A stretch of 64,000 bases of DNA from an uncultured delta proteobacterium (GCA_963793865.1 CAWCBP010000001.1:448001-512000), one strand, 5' to 3'. Positions 1-11,194 are shown, counted from the first letter of the stretch. The notes: a model not told the origin generated them from the letters alone. Program-made: numbers and translations.

Positions 1-1
1 A

Positions 2-115
2 CTTTCTCCCTGTCCCACCAACTGGAGAATGGCCGCCCCGGAGGCATGCCGCTGGATAGACGAGGTGATGACCAAGCAGTATCCGCTGGGCGTGATAAAA
101 GAGGCAAAATGCTGA
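2..115 (+). CDS. 2-oxoacid:ferredoxin oxidoreductase beta subunit, C-terminal fragment (5' partial)
   Basis: Frame 2 reads LSPCPTNWRMAAPEACRWIDEVMTKQYPLGVIKEAKC*; SPCPTNW is typical of beta-subunit C-termini; overlaps the gamma-subunit start. Confidence 0.8.
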   Translation, partial: LSPCPTNWRMAAPEACRWIDEVMTKQYPLGVIKEAKC

Positions 116-654
116 TCAAGACCGTTTTTTCGGGATTCGGCGGACAGGGGGTTCTCTCCATGGGGAACGCGGTGGCAACGGCCGCCATGCTGGAGGGCAA
201 GCACGTCACCTATTTTCCCTCCTACGGCGCCGAGGTGAGAGGCGGCACGGCCAACTGCACCGTTTCCGTCTCCGACGAGGAGATTGCCTCGCCCGTGGCC
301 TCTGAGCCGGAGTTCGTGGTGGCCATGAATCAGCCCGCCTTCGTCCGCTTCCAGAATTTGCTGGTATCGGGCGGACTGGCGCTGGTGAACGCTTCCATGG
401 TAAGCGCTGCCTCGGTGAGGGGCGACATCGAGGTGGTCGAGGTGCCGACCAGCGAGCTGGCGGAGAAGCTGGGAAACATCAAGGTGGCAAACATGATCAT
501 GCTGGGGGCATTTATCAGGGTGAGCAGCATTGTGTCATTTCCCCGCCTGCTGAAGAACCTGCCCGACATACTGGGTGCCAAGCGCGAGCGGCTTTTGAAG
601 ATAAACCAGCAGGCCCTCGAGCTGGGACATGCATTCGTAAAGGAGGGACAGTAA
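109..654 (+). CDS. 2-oxoacid:acceptor oxidoreductase gamma subunit
   Basis: MLIKTVFSGFGGQGVL, PSYGAEVRGGTANC and NMIMLGA motifs; start moved to ATG 109. Confidence 0.92.
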   Translation: MLIKTVFSGFGGQGVLSMGNAVATAAMLEGKHVTYFPSYGAEVRGGTANCTVSVSDEEIASPVASEPEFVVAMNQPAFVRFQNLLVSGGLALVNASMVSAASVRGDIEVVEVPTSELAEKLGNIKVANMIMLGAFIRVSSIVSFPRLLKNLPDILGAKRERLLKINQQALELGHAFVKEGQ

Positions 655-1082
655 TGTCCATCAAGCAGATATCCGTGAGCCTGGACAACGTGCCCGGGGC
701 GCTTTCCAACGTGAGCGAAATCCTGGGCGATGAAGGCGTGAATATCCGGGCCATTTCAGTCGCCGACACCGCGGATATCAGCACGGTCCGATTCGTGGTG
801 GATGAGCCCTTCAAGGCGGTGAACATTCTCAAGACCAACGGCTACGCGGTCAAGGAAACCGATGTGCTGGCGGTCGAAACGCCTGACCACCCGGGAGGCC
901 TCAATGCCGTTCTCAAGCCTCTCAGGGATGCCGGCATCAACGTTCATTATCTCTATCCCTACCTGGGCAGGTCCAGCGACCAGGCGGTGGTGATACTGGG
1001 TGTGGATAGGACCGACGAGGCCATCAAAGTTTTAGGTGAAAACTGGGTGCGTACACTGGGTGAGGAATTATACAATCTGTGA
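654..1082 (+). CDS. Tandem ACT domain protein
   Basis: KQISVSLDNVPGAL and PDHPGGL, two ACT repeats; start overlaps upstream stop (TAATG). Confidence 0.88.
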   Translation: MSIKQISVSLDNVPGALSNVSEILGDEGVNIRAISVADTADISTVRFVVDEPFKAVNILKTNGYAVKETDVLAVETPDHPGGLNAVLKPLRDAGINVHYLYPYLGRSSDQAVVILGVDRTDEAIKVLGENWVRTLGEELYNL

Positions 1083-1117
1083 CGGTTCCGTCGCGCATAA
1101 CCTTATGAGGTAACAGC

Positions 1118-1426
1118 ATGTCTGACGTCTTGTGTGCCCTTTGCGGGAAACGGCTTTCACCGCGGAGTTTGAAATATATTGTTCGCATTCACATTGCCAC
1201 CGAGTATGACGGCTTTCATCCGGGCTGGGATGATGAGCGCCCGGCGGGCCCCCAGGGGGTTTTCAAGGAAACCATGGATCTTGAGGCGGCCGAGCTGGAA
1301 GAGCTGGTGAACGAGGAGGTGTCCGTCTACCTCTGCATTCAGTGCAAGAAGCGGTTTACCAGGGATCTTATCGAAGGCGAGGAGGAAAAGCCAACGACCA
1401 GGGATCTCAGGATCGTGTACCACTAA
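1118..1426 (+). CDS. Hypothetical protein, two CxxC pairs (putative zinc-binding)
   Basis: CALC and CIQC; GAGGT RBS upstream. Confidence 0.7.
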   Translation: MSDVLCALCGKRLSPRSLKYIVRIHIATEYDGFHPGWDDERPAGPQGVFKETMDLEAAELEELVNEEVSVYLCIQCKKRFTRDLIEGEEEKPTTRDLRIVYH

Positions 1427-1430
1427 CACC

Positions 1431-1620
1431 TGGAGTGATGGAGTAATGGAGTAATGCGGTGATGGAAAAACTAAGCGGCAGGGAGCGTATGCAGCTGGAG
1501 TGGTGGAGTAATGGAGTGATGCGGTGATGGAAAAACCACGCAGCAGGTAGTTTACGTTTTACCAATACTCCAGTACTCCATTACTCCATTGCTCCACGCC
1601 TCCAGTACTCCACCCCTCCA
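1431..1620. repeat. Octamer (TGGAGTAA-like) tandem arrays: two direct blocks then an inverted block
   Basis: Blocks at ~1431-1480 and ~1496-1547; reverse-complement TACTCCAT-like units at ~1566-1620; between convergent genes. Confidence 0.9.
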
Positions 1621-1667
1621 AAAATTTACCACTCCCATCCCCAGTAACTCCTCCATCATAGCCCCAC

Positions 1668-2660
1668 TCATTCCATGACTGACGGGTAGTGGCACATGAA
1701 GGGCCGGCAGGGGCGCCGGTAGGTGCTGTTATAGAGCGACCGCGCGTATTCCCTGAATTCCTTTCTGGCGGGCCGGCTGCCGGCGAGGCGGTCCAGCAGC
1801 GTTCTGAAGAAGGTCACATCGGTTGTTTTCCGCGCAGTGGTATTTCCCCTCCCCACTATTTTAAGGCTGGTGATTTTCATCTCCTTCAATTCATAAAGTG
1901 CACAGGCAGCGCAGGGGTAGTCGTCAAGGTGCACCTTCTCCCACACGCGCTGGCGCGCAATAAGCTGCGATATGTCACCCGCGGCATCCTCGGTTGCATT
2001 CTCCCGAAGCGGAATGGGCGAAATATCATAGGGGAGCATGCAGGCGTTCCGGAAAAAGGCCGGCGTCCCTTTGCCCGACAGCCCGTGCTGGAAGGTGCAG
2101 AATCCGTCGATGTTGATGCAGCGGGAGTTGAAGACAAAAACGGTCGTCTCCAGTTCCGGGCTGTTCCGTACCAGGGTCTTCATTTCGGCAAGCGTGAGGT
2201 GGCGGGGAAGGGTGATGCGGTTCGCCCCCAGTTCACCGTAAAACCTGGCAGCCCTCCAGTTAAAGACCGTTCCCCCGGTGCTGATATGAATCCCTGCGGT
2301 GCCGGAAAGCTCACGCAGCAGGTGCAGCAGGCCGTAATCGGCGATGATGAATGCGTCAACCCCGGCGTCGCGCGCCTGAGCGATGTAGTCTTTCACCAGG
2401 GGGAGCTGCTGCTTTGTGTAATAGTGCTCATTGATGGTAAAGAACACGGGAACATCATGCCGGTGGGCACGGGCCGCCGCTTCAGCCAGTTCCGCAAAAT
2501 TTCTCATGTGCCCTTTTCCCGCCGGCCGGCGGTTGATGGAAATGACCGGGTAGGGGTCGTACCAGCTTTCCTCCAGCACGCCGCAGTAAAATTCCCCCGC
2601 CCCCGCTTCAATGAGGGGTTCAACTTCCGAGGGCGAATCAAGTGGGGAGAGTATTTTCAT
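1668..2660 (-). CDS. U32-family Fe-S protein, UbiU/TrhP-like
   Basis: MKILSPL..EAGAGEFYCG, HISTG, LPRHLTLAEM, CX6CX18CX42CX2C, LKIVGRG; start trimmed to ATG 2660 because the upstream extension is repeat DNA. Confidence 0.88.
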   Translation of the reverse strand: MKILSPLDSPSEVEPLIEAGAGEFYCGVLEESWYDPYPVISINRRPAGKGHMRNFAELAEAAARAHRHDVPVFFTINEHYYTKQQLPLVKDYIAQARDAGVDAFIIADYGLLHLLRELSGTAGIHISTGGTVFNWRAARFYGELGANRITLPRHLTLAEMKTLVRNSPELETTVFVFNSRCINIDGFCTFQHGLSGKGTPAFFRNACMLPYDISPIPLRENATEDAAGDISQLIARQRVWEKVHLDDYPCAACALYELKEMKITSLKIVGRGNTTARKTTDVTFFRTLLDRLAGSRPARKEFREYARSLYNSTYRRPCRPFMCHYPSVME

Positions 2661-2668
2661 ATGCTTAC

Positions 2669-2796
2669 AGGGTTGAGGGTTTAGGGTGCAGGGGACAGGG
2701 TTCAGGGTCGAAAGCTGCCGGTTTGCAGTTGCCGGGGTGCGGGTAGGGGCAGGCCCCTGTGCCTGCCCGTCTTGCATCCTTCACCCTGACCCTTCT
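2669..2796. repeat. Heptamer array (AGGGTTN/NCRGTTN) with embedded GTAG-REP hairpin
   Basis: agggttg agggttt agggtgc aggggac agggttc agggtcg...; GTAGGGGCAGGCCCCTGTGCCTGCCC at 2743-2768; short inverted caccctg accct. Confidence 0.8.
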
Positions 2797-2855
2797 TCCC
2801 TCCTACATCGGTATTTCCGGTTCCACCACGATCCGGTCTATCTTCCCCTCCCGTA

Positions 2856-3602
2856 TCAGACGGTTGAGGGGATCTCCTCGTTGCTGAAGAAGATGGTGTT
2901 GCCCTTTCTCACCAGGGGAACGGTCATCACCGGGTTCCACAGCGAAAAGGCATACTGCCGGCATTCTTTTTTGCAGGGCAGGACGCCTATTTTCATCTCC
3001 CCGGGGTCATGGATGGAGGGCATGAAGCAGAACCTCGTGGTGGTTACATAGGCAAACGGCAGGTAGAGCGAGATGTGCAGGTCGTTGCTGATGCCATCCA
3101 GGTTCAACCCCTGAAGCAGATTGTCGAATTCCACCCGGGTAACCCCGTGATTTAGCAAAAATGACCCGACTTCAGGGATTGAGAGGTTCGGGGTCATAAA
3201 GTAATCCAGGGAGGTTTCGGGTATTTGGTCCCTGACGGGCACAATGCGGGGACCACGCTTAAGTTTGTTGAGCAGACGTCCCAACACGGGTTTCAGGAGG
3301 TAACCTTTTTCCCGCAGGAGGTGGAAAATACCCCAGTCATTGAAGACAATCTCGCTTTCAGGCTGCATGTCAGAAAGTGCGGAGAGGAGTTTCTCGACCT
3401 GATGCAGACCCTTGTCCGTAACGTACGGGGTGACAAGGGTGAAGTCCGCATTATGATCCCTGGCAAACCGGACTGCCTTTCTCAATTGGGCAGGCGAGGG
3501 CAGCAGGCGCTCACAGAATTCCATGCCGAAATAGAGGCGGGTAAACTCCGGGCTCCAGTATTTCAGGTTGGCGGTGCTGGAAATGAAAAGCGCTTGTTCC
3601 AT
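2856..3602 (-). CDS. U32-family partner protein, UbiV-like
   Basis: RLYFGMEFCERL (N-terminal Cys), FNDWG, LGRLLNK, CX17CX3C; start at MEQALF. Confidence 0.8.
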   Translation of the reverse strand: MEQALFISSTANLKYWSPEFTRLYFGMEFCERLLPSPAQLRKAVRFARDHNADFTLVTPYVTDKGLHQVEKLLSALSDMQPESEIVFNDWGIFHLLREKGYLLKPVLGRLLNKLKRGPRIVPVRDQIPETSLDYFMTPNLSIPEVGSFLLNHGVTRVEFDNLLQGLNLDGISNDLHISLYLPFAYVTTTRFCFMPSIHDPGEMKIGVLPCKKECRQYAFSLWNPVMTVPLVRKGNTIFFSNEEIPSTV

Positions 3603-3808
3603 GGGACATACCTTAGCAAAGAAGGACGGGAAAAGCAAATACAGCAGCGGCTGAACGGCAGCACAATTCAGTTGACATACCATCTGAAAGTAACTAGAGG
3701 TACTGTAAGCAGCAACGCACACACAAAGAAGCTTTCCGGGATGAGAGAAGATCCGCACGTTTTCTATTCACCTGCGTTTCGGACGACAACAACAAAGGAG
3801 GAGGATAT

Positions 3809-4324
3809 ATGCTGGAGCGAAGCGGCGCAGTAACCATGAAAGGCAGTCCGTTGACCTTGGTTGGCCCGGAGCTGAAGGTGGGTGATAAAGCCCCCGATTG
3901 TGTTGTTTTGAACACAGACCTTGCCCCGGTGAGCCTTTCTGCATACCGCGGGAAAGTCTGCATCATTGCATCGGTACCCTCCCTGGACACGCCTGTCTGT
4001 GACATTGAGGCCCGGCAATTCAATCAGGAGGCGGCAAACATCGGACCGGATGTGACTATTCTGACCATCAGCATGGACCTTCCTTTTGCGCAGAAGCGCT
4101 GGTGTGGCGCCGCGGGCGTGGACAAACTTATTACCCTTTCAGATCATCGCGACGCCTCGTTCGGCGCAGCTTACGGCGTGCTGATTAAAGAGCTGCGCCT
4201 GCTGGCACGAAGCGTGATCATTGTCGACAAAGAGGGCGCCATCCGCTACTTCGAGCTGGTCAGGGAACTGGCCCAGGAGCCCGACTACGAGGCGGTGCTG
4301 AAGGCCCTCAAGTCCTGTCTGTAA
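3809..4324 (+). CDS. tpx: Thiol peroxidase (atypical 2-Cys peroxiredoxin)
   Basis: VPSLDTPVC, SMDLPFAQKRWCG, LLARSV; strong AGGAGG RBS. Confidence 0.96.
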   Translation: MLERSGAVTMKGSPLTLVGPELKVGDKAPDCVVLNTDLAPVSLSAYRGKVCIIASVPSLDTPVCDIEARQFNQEAANIGPDVTILTISMDLPFAQKRWCGAAGVDKLITLSDHRDASFGAAYGVLIKELRLLARSVIIVDKEGAIRYFELVRELAQEPDYEAVLKALKSCL

Positions 4325-4456
4325 GCAGGTCCCGGGAGGACGTTCGTGCGGGAATTGCATAGTACAAAGTTTACAGTTGACGGTTCGCGGTTCCCGGCAT
4401 CCGGTTGCATCCTGTAAAAGTCCGTGCCATGAAACGAGATTGATTTCAGGGAAGAC

Positions 4457-5728
4457 ATGACCCTACTCAGAACGAACGTTGCGGGATGGCCTCAAAGAAT
4501 AAACCTGGTCATCCTTTTTTTTAGCAGCAACCTGATCTGCTACATGGACCGGATCAACATCTCGGTGACCGCGCCCATGATCATGAAGGAGCTGGGCTGG
4601 GACGAGGCCGCCCTGGGCATCATCCTCTCGTCGTTCTTCGTCGGCTACACCCTGCTGCAGATACCCGGCGGCTGGCTTGCTGATCGGTTCGGGGGCAAGC
4701 TCGTCCTTAGCTGCGGTGTGCTCTGGTGGTCGCTTTTTACCCTGATCACCCCGCTGGCGCGATCGGTCACCGGCATGGCGGTTTTCAGAGCCCTCATGGG
4801 CCTGGGGGAAGGGGTCAATTTCCCCTCCGTCCAGAGCCTGACCGCGCGCTGGGTCCCCGCCGGGGAGCGATCGCGGGTGATGGGCTTCATCCTCTCCGGC
4901 GTTTCAGTGGGCAACATTATAGCATTTCCCCTGGCAACCTGGATCATGCTTACCCTGGGATGGCGCTGGGTGTTTTATGTCTTTTCTCTTTTCGGCTTCA
5001 TCTGGTGCGCCTTCTGGCTTCGGCTGGCCTCCAACACGCCCGAGGAGCATCCAGCCATCCATCCTCAGGAGCTCGCGTATATCCAGGCAAACCGGCCCCC
5101 GGTCGGCGCCGCTGGGGGAGTGCCCTGGAAGGTGCTTCTGAGCAAGTCTCCCGTCTGGGCCCTGGTGATAAACCACTTCTGCGTGAGCTGGGGTTTTTTC
5201 ATGTTTCTCACCTGGCTTCCCACCTACCTGGTTAAGGCCCACGGATTTTCAATCAAAGAGATGGGCGTCTATTCCATGCTTCCCTATATGGCCATGGTTG
5301 CCGGCAGCAACGGAACCGGATGGCTGGCTGACTATTGCATCATGCGTACCGGATCCATCACGGCGGTTCGCAAGGCGGTTCACTCCATAAGCCTGCTCGG
5401 CGGCGCTTTTTTCCTGATTTTGCTGGCAACGGCCGAAACCAAAACCGCTGCCATCACCTTCATTACCCTGGCGCTGGGCATGCTCTCAATGACCGGCAGC
5501 TCCACCGGGCCCAACGCCATGGATATCGCGCCCCGCTACGCCGGCACCATCATGGGCATGCAGACAACGGCGGGAAATATTGCTGGCGTTGTGGTCCCCC
5601 TGGTGGTCGGTGTACTGGTATCACTGAGCGGCCGCTGGGACCTCATATTTTACCTGGCGGCGGGGGTTTTAATCCTGGGTGTTGTCATCTGGGATTTTTT
5701 TGCCACCGGCGACCAGATCATTGATTAA
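4457..5728 (+). CDS. MFS transporter, anion:cation symporter family
   Basis: YMDRINIS, GGWLADRFG, GLGEG; ~12 hydrophobic segments. Confidence 0.92.
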   Translation: MTLLRTNVAGWPQRINLVILFFSSNLICYMDRINISVTAPMIMKELGWDEAALGIILSSFFVGYTLLQIPGGWLADRFGGKLVLSCGVLWWSLFTLITPLARSVTGMAVFRALMGLGEGVNFPSVQSLTARWVPAGERSRVMGFILSGVSVGNIIAFPLATWIMLTLGWRWVFYVFSLFGFIWCAFWLRLASNTPEEHPAIHPQELAYIQANRPPVGAAGGVPWKVLLSKSPVWALVINHFCVSWGFFMFLTWLPTYLVKAHGFSIKEMGVYSMLPYMAMVAGSNGTGWLADYCIMRTGSITAVRKAVHSISLLGGAFFLILLATAETKTAAITFITLALGMLSMTGSSTGPNAMDIAPRYAGTIMGMQTTAGNIAGVVVPLVVGVLVSLSGRWDLIFYLAAGVLILGVVIWDFFATGDQIID

Positions 5729-5742
5729 TGAATGTAAATATT

Positions 5743-5769
5743 TGGATTCCTGCTTCCGCGGGAATGACA
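5743..5769. repeat. Short palindrome (GGATTCC..GGGAATGAC), dRS3/RPE-like
   Basis: tggattcctgcttccgcgggaatgaca; related copy at 57221-57245. Confidence 0.65.
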
Positions 5770-5834
5770 TAGTGTTGATATTTTTTTTATTGGGTGTAAT
5801 CCCCGTGAGCGGTGATCCATTAGTGTATTCAAAT

Positions 5835-5862
5835 GTAGGGGCGACCGGCCGGTCGCCCCTAC
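5835..5862. repeat. GTAG-type REP, perfect 28-bp palindrome
   Basis: GTAGGGGCGACCGGCCGGTCGCCCCTAC; identical at 57177-57204, truncated at 61896-61918. Confidence 0.92.
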
Positions 5863-5910
5863 GAATCAAACCATTGAATTATTTCAGTTGTGTCTTCGCA
5901 AGAATCCCTA

Positions 5911-5939
5911 TTGACAATTGTTATTTTTTAAGGTAGTTT
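5911..5939 (+). promoter_or_regulatory. Sigma70-type promoter for the aminotransferase-serA-purA operon
   Basis: TTGACA-N17-TAGTTT. Confidence 0.65.
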
Positions 5940-6036
5940 CGCCGCTTGTGAATGCGTCCTGATTCATACGCGACGCGTGAAAAATCAGGTGTTTCGTTTC
6001 GGCAAAACAGTTCTTACCAGTGGAGGAGAAACCGCA

Positions 6037-7176
6037 ATGCAGAAGAAATATTTGCTTTTCGCCCCGGGCCCGTCGCCCATCCCGCCCAATGTGCTTTTGG
6101 CCATGGCCGAGCCCATCATCCACCACCGGGCGCCGGCTTATATTAAGGTGCTGGAAGAGGTCCGGGAGGGACTGAAGTATGTTTTTCAGACCAAAAATGA
6201 GGTGCTCATCTTTGCCGCCTCCGGCACGGGCGCCATGGAAGGCGCGGTGACCAATACCCTGTGTGCCGGCGACAAGGTGCTGGTGGTGCAGGGCGGAAAA
6301 TTCGGCGAGCGGTGGGCGAACATCTGCAAGGCCTACGGCGTGCACGCGAAAATCATCCACGTGGAGTGGGGGAAAGCGGTTGATCCCGAGCTGATCAAAA
6401 AGGCGCTGGAGGTGGAGCCTTCCCTGCGGGCGGTCTTGATCCAGGCCAGCGAAACCTCGACCGGCGTCATGCATCCCGTCCGCGAAATCGCCGAGATTGT
6501 GAAGAAGCATGATAACACCATCCTGATTGTCGATGCCATAACCGGCCTGGGCGTTTTTGATCTGCCCACGGACAAGTGGGGATTGGATGTACTGGTGGGC
6601 GGCTCTCAGAAGGCGATGATGCTGCCGCCGGGACTTGCCTTCGCCGCGCTCACCGACAAGGCGTGGGGGTTTGTTGAAAAGGCAACCCTGCCCCGGTTTT
6701 ATTTTGATTTCAAACGGGAACTGAAAAACATAAAGGAAAACCAGAGTGCCTGGACGCCGGCGGTTACTCTGGTGGTGGGGCTGCGCGAGGTGCTGCGCAT
6801 GATCAGGGAAGAGGGACTGGAGAACGTGTTTGCCCGCACCGACCGGATTGCCCGGGCAACCCGCGAGGCCATGAAGGCGCTGGGACTTGCGCTCTTCGCC
6901 CCGGATTCGCCCAGCAACGCGGTGACCGCGATCGTGGCCCCTCCGGGCGTTGACGGGCAGAAGGTGGTGAAGGTGCTGCGCGAGAAGCATAACATCACCA
7001 TCGCCGGCGGACAGGATCAGGCCAAGGGCAAGATTTTCAGGATCGCCCACTTCGGTTACATGGACACCTATGATATCGTCACCGCGGTTGCGGCTGTGGA
7101 GCTGACCCTGAAAGAGCTGGGGTATGATGTCAAACTGGGAAGCGGGGTCAAGGCGGCACTGGAAGTGCTGGGCTAA
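6037..7176 (+). CDS. Class V aminotransferase (alanine-glyoxylate/serine-pyruvate family; probable SerC substitute)
   Basis: APGPSP, SGTGAMEG, ETSTG, VDAI, GSQKAMMLPPG (PLP Lys); directly upstream of serA; GGAGG RBS. Confidence 0.92.
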   Translation: MQKKYLLFAPGPSPIPPNVLLAMAEPIIHHRAPAYIKVLEEVREGLKYVFQTKNEVLIFAASGTGAMEGAVTNTLCAGDKVLVVQGGKFGERWANICKAYGVHAKIIHVEWGKAVDPELIKKALEVEPSLRAVLIQASETSTGVMHPVREIAEIVKKHDNTILIVDAITGLGVFDLPTDKWGLDVLVGGSQKAMMLPPGLAFAALTDKAWGFVEKATLPRFYFDFKRELKNIKENQSAWTPAVTLVVGLREVLRMIREEGLENVFARTDRIARATREAMKALGLALFAPDSPSNAVTAIVAPPGVDGQKVVKVLREKHNITIAGGQDQAKGKIFRIAHFGYMDTYDIVTAVAAVELTLKELGYDVKLGSGVKAALEVLG

Positions 7177-7191
7177 GGAGGAGAACAGGGC

Positions 7192-8778
7192 ATGAAGGTT
7201 TTAATAAGCGACACCTTGTCTGACAACGGCGTGGCCATCTTCAAGAAGGCAAAGGGCATCGAGGTTGACGTCAAGACCAAGCTCTCACCGCCGGAGCTGA
7301 AGGCCATCATCGGTGAGTATGACGGGCTGGTGGTGCGAAGCGCGACCAAGGTCACCGCCGAGATTATCGAGGCTGCCGGAAAGCTGAAGGTGGTCGGCCG
7401 GGCGGGAAGCGGGCTCGACAACATCGACGTGCCGGCCGCCAGCAAGAAGGGCATCGTGGTCATGAATACGCCGGGGGGGAACACCATTACCACCGCGGAG
7501 CACGCCATATCCATGATGCTCGCGCTCTCGCGGCAGATACCCCAGGCCACCGCGTCCACCAAAGGCAGGAAGTGGGAGAAGTCCAGGTTCATGGGCTCCG
7601 AGATCTTCAACAAGACCCTGGGCATCATAGGCGTGGGGCAGATCGGGAGCGTCGTGGCCGACCGGGCCCGGGGACTCAGAATGAATGTCCTGGGCTATGA
7701 CCCCTACCTTTCACCGGGGCGGGCGGAAGAGCTGGGAGTGACGCTGGTAAGCATGGATGAACTGCTTGCGCGGTCTGATTACATCACCATCCATGTTCCC
7801 AAAAGCAATGATACCGTCAACCTCATCAACCGCGAGAGCTTTGCCAAAATGAAGGACGGTGTGTACATCATCAATTGCGCCCGCGGCGGCCTGGTCAACG
7901 AGAAGGATCTGCATGAGGCCATCAAGTCCGGCAAGGTGGCAGGGGCCGCCCTCGATGTATTTGTCAAGGAACCCCCGGAAGCCGAAAACCCGCTGCTGGA
8001 TTGCGACGAGGTGATCTGCACCCCGCACCTGGGCGCTTCCACCGAGGAGGCTCAGGAGAAGGTGGCCGTCGCCATAGCCGAGCAGATGGTCGATTATTTA
8101 TTGAACGGAACGGTCATGAACGCGGCCAACGTGCCCTCGGTGGACAAGGACCTCCTGGTGAGGATGAAGCCCTATCTCAGTCTGGCGGAGCGTCTGGGCA
8201 GCTTCCAGGGTCAGGTGCTTTCAGGCGGATTGCAGGAGGTGCTCATCGAGTACAGCGGGGAGGTGGCGGAGATGAACGTTCAGCCCATCACCGTCTCGCT
8301 TTTGAAAGGGCTCCTCTATGCCATCCTCAGGGAAGACGTGAATTATGTGAACGCGCCCTTTATTGCCAGGGAGCGGGGCATCAAGGTAAAAGAGACCGTC
8401 ACCAGCACCTCCGAGGATTTTATCAGCCTCATCACCCTGAAGGTAAAAACCAGCACCGGGGAGAGCTCGGTTGCCGGAACCATATTCGGCAAAAGCGAGC
8501 CATGGATCGTTCAGTTCAACCAGTTCCAGATCGAAGCCATGCCTGATAAGCACATGCTCCTGTTCCGCACCCAGGACCGTCCCGGCGTGATCGGCAGTAT
8601 CGGGAACAGCCTGGGGAGCCAGGGCATCAACATCTCCAGAATGCAGTTCGGCCGGGAACGGATAGAGGGACAGTCGCTGCTCCTGCTCAACACCGATGGG
8701 CCGGTGTCGGAGGAATGCATTGCGCGGATGAAAGGGCTGCCCCATGTCATTTCTGTCGCCTCGGTTGAGTTCGACTGA
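7192..8778 (+). CDS. serA: D-3-phosphoglycerate dehydrogenase (with ASB and ACT domains)
   Basis: [44 protein letters not shown]. Confidence 0.97.
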   Translation: MKVLISDTLSDNGVAIFKKAKGIEVDVKTKLSPPELKAIIGEYDGLVVRSATKVTAEIIEAAGKLKVVGRAGSGLDNIDVPAASKKGIVVMNTPGGNTITTAEHAISMMLALSRQIPQATASTKGRKWEKSRFMGSEIFNKTLGIIGVGQIGSVVADRARGLRMNVLGYDPYLSPGRAEELGVTLVSMDELLARSDYITIHVPKSNDTVNLINRESFAKMKDGVYIINCARGGLVNEKDLHEAIKSGKVAGAALDVFVKEPPEAENPLLDCDEVICTPHLGASTEEAQEKVAVAIAEQMVDYLLNGTVMNAANVPSVDKDLLVRMKPYLSLAERLGSFQGQVLSGGLQEVLIEYSGEVAEMNVQPITVSLLKGLLYAILREDVNYVNAPFIARERGIKVKETVTSTSEDFISLITLKVKTSTGESSVAGTIFGKSEPWIVQFNQFQIEAMPDKHMLLFRTQDRPGVIGSIGNSLGSQGINISRMQFGRERIEGQSLLLLNTDGPVSEECIARMKGLPHVISVASVEFD

Positions 8779-8794
8779 GAGGGAACGGTACACA

Positions 8795-10095
<1,301 letters not shown>

Positions 10096-10131
10096 CAAGA
10101 GAACATTGAAACAAATCAGTCGCATCTTTAG

Positions 10132-10157
10132 AAAAGCCCCTCAGGGGCTTTTTTTTT
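10132..10157 (+). terminator. Rho-independent terminator after purA
   Basis: AAAAGCCCC-TCA-GGGGCTTTT followed by T run. Confidence 0.85.
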
Positions 10158-10423
10158 GGAAAGCGGCGGGCTGCGGAATTGCGATAGAGATGGTATCGGT
10201 CAGCCCGATCATCTGCTCCCCCGGCAGTGACGGGGCATGCGCCCGGCGCTGCACGTTTTTGCGCTGACAAACCGCCGGCATGTCCCCCCGGGGTCAAAAA
10301 AGATTGCCATGCGGGAAATGTGGTGTATACTTGCATGCAAAAATTGAAGCACACGATCGCGCGAGGCATACCCGAAGGCTTTGCGCGTAATGCCGTAGTC
10401 AGGCACCTCATCAGGGGGAGGGG

Positions 10424-11188
10424 ATGAAACGCGTTGCCGTAACCTCATTGATTCTGCTGGCTGTGATGACCGTGCTCGCCTGGAGGATAGGGCGCATTTA
10501 TTTTGATCAGCCTCCGGGACAGGGGGTGCGGATAGTCATCAGCGGCGCATCGGCGTACCGCGGTTCACACGGAAACCGGGTGGAGGTATCCCTGGAAAAT
10601 CCGGAGGTGCGGGTGCGGGGCATACAGCTTGAAATATGTGACGCTGACAATTACCTTTCCTGCACGGGCTGCGAGGTCACCGACCGCATCAGCGGGTTTA
10701 CCTGCGCGAGCCACGAGAAACCCAACGGATGCTACGAGCTGCTGCTGTTTTCCTTTACCGGAATGATCGAAAAAGGGTCCGGCCCGCTGGTGAGCTTCAG
10801 CTGCGATGCCGCGGAAGCGGCGCCGGGAGGTGAATGCAGGGAACTGCTGCCCGGCCGGCTGGAGATCGCCGATGAGCAGAAGCAGCCGATGGAGGCGGCG
10901 GTTGAGAAAGGCAGCATCTGTTTTAAGGACTGCAGGGACCCGGCTGATTGTGAGGATGGGCTGTGGTGCCATGAATCCCACTCCTGTACTGACGGGGTCT
11001 GCGGGGATGCCGCCAGGTGCCCGGATGACGGGCTCTACTGCAACGGCAGGGAATATTGTGACGAAGCCGCCAAGCAATGCAGGCGTTCGCCGGAGCCCTG
11101 CGCGCACTGCTATGACGCCGGCTGCGTGTGCGATGAAGCCGGGGATGTCTGCAAGCAGACCGGGGGGGCAAAGGGTGACAGCATATGA
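10424..11188 (+). CDS. Exported or anchored protein: cohesin-like beta-sandwich plus Cys-rich repeats
   Basis: N-terminal hydrophobic segment; VEVSLEN..VRGIQLEICD..GSGPLV; repeats CEDGLWC and CPDDGLYCNGREYCDE. Confidence 0.7.
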   Translation: MKRVAVTSLILLAVMTVLAWRIGRIYFDQPPGQGVRIVISGASAYRGSHGNRVEVSLENPEVRVRGIQLEICDADNYLSCTGCEVTDRISGFTCASHEKPNGCYELLLFSFTGMIEKGSGPLVSFSCDAAEAAPGGECRELLPGRLEIADEQKQPMEAAVEKGSICFKDCRDPADCEDGLWCHESHSCTDGVCGDAARCPDDGLYCNGREYCDEAAKQCRRSPEPCAHCYDAGCVCDEAGDVCKQTGGAKGDSI

Positions 11189-11194
11189 TCTGAC

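Noticed and set aside
1431..1620. Possible CRISPR array
   Set aside because: 8-bp tandem units without unique spacers; no cas genes in the window
2661..2777. N-terminal extension of the U32 ORF (MQDGQAQ..STLNPVPCTLNPQP)
   Set aside because: It is translated heptamer/REP repeat DNA; the family-like start is MKILSPL at 2660
4413..4429. Minus-strand sigma54-like site TGGCAC-GGACT-TTTAC
   Set aside because: The -12 element lacks GC and it points antisense into tpx
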